DNA of 32,000 nt, from the NCBI RefSeq assembly GCF_012516315.1, contig NZ_CP051185.1, positions 299,459-331,458 on the forward strand. Reading direction: 5' to 3'. Of this stretch, positions 28,633 to 32,000 are shown in pieces. Numbering within the stretch: position 1 is the stretch's first letter; every line of letters begins with the position of its first letter. This DNA is from Limnospira fusiformis SAG 85.79. GTDB lineage: Bacteria; Cyanobacteriota; Cyanobacteriia; Cyanobacteriales; Microcoleaceae. The notes under the pieces are model-generated. The model made no database searches. It worked only from the letters and a program-made list of their open reading frames with translations, and was not told the DNA's origin. The translations under genes were made by a program, and so were the position numbers.

Positions 28633-30984
28633 GTGAGAGATATTTTAGGATTTGGTGGAGGAGTAGCGGGGGGAGTTGCAGCAGCCATGGTTGTGGCTGT
28701 GGCTCCCGCCCTGGCGTTTACAGTTGTCCGCGATATTCAATTATTCCAAGCTGACAACGGGGAAATTAACCTGGTGCTGGTCACTGACGGCGGCGAACGT
28801 CCAGCGGTGTTTGTGATTCGGCGGGGTAATGATTTTGTGGCGGATATTACTAACGCTCAATTGAGTTCTCCCAATGGCTCATTTCAGCAAAATAACCCGG
28901 CTCCTGGTATTGCTTCCATTGTGGTGAACCAGCTAGACCCGACCAGTATTCGGGTGATTGTGACCGGAACTACTGGCTCTCCTGAAGCGCGGATAATTCA
29001 GGGTGCGGGAGATGCTATTGCGATCGCGATCGCTCCAGAAGGGGCGATCGTAGATGCTCCGGCTTTTGCACCCCAACAACCTGGGAACGGTGCTTCTCAG
29101 GTAATGGTTCCCGACCCACCAGTTAGCATCACTGGTGATCCGACCGCCCAAAACGGCAATAATGATATGATGATGCCCGACCCAGCTTTAACTCCCCAAA
29201 TGGGTCAAGCGCCATTACAGCCAAGGCGTTCCTTAGACACAACGCCACCCTTCCAACCCCGTGCGGTTGCGCCACCTTTAGGAGATATTGCCGTTTCTAA
29301 TATCAATCCGGGTGTTTCCAATGTCAACCTAAACACCAACGAAATCATCCCCCGCCTAGTCTTGCGAGACGCATCAGTGCGGGAGGTATTATCATTGTTG
29401 GCGCGGGTTGCTGGCCTGAATGTTGCCTTCAGTAATTTAGAGAAAGATCTTACAACGGGACGTTTTCGACCGGGAAATGAAGAACAGGAATTTAGAATTT
29501 CCTTGGATATTGAAAATGAACCAGTCCAGGAAGTCTTTAACTATGTCCTGCGATTAACAGGATTACAAGCTAACAGGGTGGGAAATACTGTATTTGTAGG
29601 CTTTCAACTGCCTGAGTCCGCTCGAAATCTTGTCATGCGGACTCTGAGAATGAATCAGACCACAGCAGAAGGCGCAGCTAATTATCTCAGTAGCCAGGGT
29701 GCAGAAACCCAGATTCCCTTTGAGCAAGTTCAAATCCAGGTCGTAGGGCAGGGCATTAATCAGCGAATTGTAGAAACCAGGACCCCAAGTATTATAGCTG
29801 TGGGCGCAGCGGAAGGACAGGGACCTCTGTTGTTAAGGGGGCTGTCAGTAACTGCTGATTCTCGCTTAAATTCTGTGACTCTCGTTGGAACACCTGAACA
29901 GGTAGAGATCGCAACTGCTATGTTAATGCAGATTGATCTCCGTCAACGTCAGGTGGCGGTGAATGTGAAAATCATTGACGTGAACCTGACCGGGGAAGCC
30001 ACCCAGAGCAGTAGTTTCTCCTTTGGGATTAATGATACCTTCTTTGTGAATGATGGCGGTGCGGCTTCTATCAACTTCGGCGGCATCAATCCCCCAACCC
30101 GTGGTCAGGCTACAGGTGGTGTCACCTCTCGCCCAATTATTCCCAACCCCCTAAGCGATCAAGACCCATTTTTTGATCGCGATAGCACTATTAGGACTCC
30201 GTTAACGGCTCCTGGGGGTGGTATTGGCTTGAGACCGATTCCACCTGTCACCGAGAGACCGGGAGGGGTTGGGCTTTCTGACTACGCACCTTTGACGAGA
30301 GACTTAACTGATGGAAGTCTGACTGGCCTTGGTAGCACAACTGCTTCCGTGTTTCCCTTCTTCCAATATCCTCGGCGGTTCCTGTCTACTTTGCAAGCTC
30401 AAATCGTCAGCGGTAGAGCCAAAATCCTCACCGACCCCACCTTGGTGGTACAAGAGGGAGAAACCGCTTCAGTGGAACTGATACAAGAGGTATTGCAATC
30501 AAGCACAACAATTTTTACAGATACTATTTCTGGTACTAGGCAAACAGAGCAGGGTGAAGTTGTAGATGTGGGCTTGACTTTATCGGTCAATGTTGAGCGA
30601 ATTGATGATAATGGCTTTGTCACCATGAGGATTAACCCAGAAGTCAGTTCCCCAGGAACTCAGGTACCAGTCGGTAACAATAGTTCTTTCTTACGAGTCT
30701 TTCGGCGCAGTTTAGATTCAGGAAGGATTCGTCTGCGGGACGGTCAAACTCTGATTGTCTCTGGTATTATTCAAGATCAGGAACGGACTGACGTTAGCAA
30801 GATTCCCCTGTTGGGTGATTTGCCTATCCTGGGTTCTCTGTTCCGTAGAAGCACCACCAGCAGCGAGCGGGCTGAGGTAATTGTGTTGGTAACGCCCAAT
30901 ATCCTGGATGATTCCGATCGCTCTGGGTTTGGCTACCAGAACAATTTTAGCCCCGATGTCCGCCAGATGATGCAAGGGCGTTAA
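28633..30984 (+). CDS. pilQ: Type IV pilus secretin PilQ
   Basis: 783 aa with a GTG start after AGGAGG. It has an AMIN-like N-terminus. The secretin C-terminus reads ...LRDGQTLIVSGIIQD...VSKIPLLGDLPILGSLFR. Confidence 0.9.
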   Translation: MRDILGFGGGVAGGVAAAMVVAVAPALAFTVVRDIQLFQADNGEINLVLVTDGGERPAVFVIRRGNDFVADITNAQLSSPNGSFQQNNPAPGIASIVVNQLDPTSIRVIVTGTTGSPEARIIQGAGDAIAIAIAPEGAIVDAPAFAPQQPGNGASQVMVPDPPVSITGDPTAQNGNNDMMMPDPALTPQMGQAPLQPRRSLDTTPPFQPRAVAPPLGDIAVSNINPGVSNVNLNTNEIIPRLVLRDASVREVLSLLARVAGLNVAFSNLEKDLTTGRFRPGNEEQEFRISLDIENEPVQEVFNYVLRLTGLQANRVGNTVFVGFQLPESARNLVMRTLRMNQTTAEGAANYLSSQGAETQIPFEQVQIQVVGQGINQRIVETRTPSIIAVGAAEGQGPLLLRGLSVTADSRLNSVTLVGTPEQVEIATAMLMQIDLRQRQVAVNVKIIDVNLTGEATQSSSFSFGINDTFFVNDGGAASINFGGINPPTRGQATGGVTSRPIIPNPLSDQDPFFDRDSTIRTPLTAPGGGIGLRPIPPVTERPGGVGLSDYAPLTRDLTDGSLTGLGSTTASVFPFFQYPRRFLSTLQAQIVSGRAKILTDPTLVVQEGETASVELIQEVLQSSTTIFTDTISGTRQTEQGEVVDVGLTLSVNVERIDDNGFVTMRINPEVSSPGTQVPVGNNSSFLRVFRRSLDSGRIRLRDGQTLIVSGIIQDQERTDVSKIPLLGDLPILGSLFRRSTTSSERAEVIVLVTPNILDDSDRSGFGYQNNFSPDVRQMMQGR

Positions 30985-31015
30985 GATCTAGCGTTAAAAA
31001 CCCCTTCAGCCAAAA

Positions 31016-31040
31016 TCCCCCACCCCTGGGGGATATTTTT
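31016..31040 (+). terminator. Putative intrinsic terminator after pilQ
   Basis: The ATCCCC / GGGGAT stem around a C-rich loop is followed by ATTTTTAT. Confidence 0.5.
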
Positions 31041-31202
31041 ATCGGCTAATATCTTAAAAAAAGTGGAAAATTCCCCTAAATATATGACAATTTGGGGTTA
31101 AACCCTATCTATGTGGCGACAGAAACCTTAGAATAAGGCAGAAAAATCGTGCAAACCATTGGGGGTCATTGATTGGCCCCCAGTTCTCAAAAGGAGTAAT
31201 TG

Positions 31203-31481
31203 ATGAATAAGGGTGAATTAATAGATGCGGTGGCGGAAAAAGCAGGTGTCACCAAAAAACAGGCTGATGCGGTGTTGAGTGCGGCTCTCGAAAGTGTTAT
31301 CGATGCTGTTGCTACACAGGAAAAAGTCACCCTGGTGGGATTTGGTTCTTTTGAAGCCAGGAAACGTAAGGCGCGCGAAGGCCGTAACCCCCAGACCGGC
31401 GAAAAAATGGATATTCCTGAAACTTGGGTTCCGGCTTTCTCGGCAGGAAAACTGTTTAAGGAGAAGGTCGCTGATAAATAG
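31203..31481 (+). CDS. hup: HU family DNA-binding protein
   Basis: MNKGELIDAVAEKAGVTKKQADAVL...GFGSFEARKRKAREGRNPQTGEKMDIPE..VPAFSAGK. AAGGAG lies upstream of the ATG at 31203. Confidence 0.95.
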   Translation: MNKGELIDAVAEKAGVTKKQADAVLSAALESVIDAVATQEKVTLVGFGSFEARKRKAREGRNPQTGEKMDIPETWVPAFSAGKLFKEKVADK

Positions 31482-31544
31482 TCGTCCATAACCCACCACT
31501 AATCAGGATACCGATTTAGTGGGGGTCTGCACGGAGGGAGATTG

Positions 31545-32000
31545 ATGAACAGACCCAGCCACGGGGGAAATTTGATGTGGGCGGCTTCGATCGCTGATTG
31601 TCCGCCATCGGAAATTGTCGATTTCTCGGCTAGTATTAATCCCCTCGGCCCTCCGTTAACGGCGATCGCCGCTTTGAATACTCATCAGGGGCAGATTAAA
31701 ACCTATCCTCAGCCCGATTATATGGACCTGCGACAGGCTGTAAGTCGCTTTCATGAAGATTTACCGGTTGAATGGATTTTGCCGGGAAATGGGGCGGCTG
31801 AATTGCTGACTTGGGCGGGCCGGGAGTTGGCACAAATGGGGGCTACATATCTGCTGACTCCGGCTTTTGGGGACTATCGGCGATCGCTCAATGCTTTTAA
31901 TGCTAGGGTGATTGAATGCCCTATTAGTCTTGAGGGTGGCGATAAGGTCCAATTTGATGGGTTGGGGGAATTAGAGGAAAGGGCGGGACTATTGCTGAAT
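31545..32000 (+). CDS. cobD: Class I/II aminotransferase-fold protein, probably threonine-phosphate decarboxylase CobD (5' partial; runs off the window)
   Basis: I translated it by hand: MNRPSHGGNLMWAA...DFSASINPLGPP...YPQPDYMDLRQAV...ILPGNGAAELL. The HGGN and SASINPLGPP motifs are typical of CobD/HisC-like enzymes. The frame is open to the window end. Confidence 0.6.
   Translation, partial: MNRPSHGGNLMWAASIADCPPSEIVDFSASINPLGPPLTAIAALNTHQGQIKTYPQPDYMDLRQAVSRFHEDLPVEWILPGNGAAELLTWAGRELAQMGATYLLTPAFGDYRRSLNAFNARVIECPISLEGGDKVQFDGLGELEERAGLLLN

Overview
The window is a cyanobacterial chromosomal segment. The evidence is frequent HIP1 octamers (GCGATCGC) and the genes pipX/pipY, GUN4, pilMNOQ and phylloquinone-type menG. 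Most of it is ordinary housekeeping: response regulator, menG, DUF445, nupC-like, der, ecfT, pipX-pipY, sepF-proC, plsY, dxs, GT2, rfaE2-like, gun4, pilMNOQ, HU and cobD-like. Three mobile or defence layers stand out. (1) The window opens inside a group II intron whose domains V/VI end at about 269. The sequence then runs straight into the 3' exon of ssb, so an essential gene appears to be intron-split. (2) Two tnpB-only IS200/IS605-type elements lie in inverted orientation and bracket sepF-proC-plsY plus a coiled-coil gene. I count 14 aa differences over 357 shared residues. The first element splits the conserved pipXY-sepF-proC arrangement. The second carries a nested 871-nt ORF-less group II intron placed at the tnpB start codon, and its junctions are one G short of a precise in-frame insertion. 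(3) A 32-repeat CRISPR array (21559-24140, read on the minus strand) has unusually long, variable spacers of 39-53 nt, two repeat variants and a near-consensus leader promoter. No cas genes occur anywhere in the window. I found no unexplained multi-gene cassette; the novelty lies in the nesting and placement of the mobile RNAs. All calls rest on manual reading and translation, and no database search was possible.
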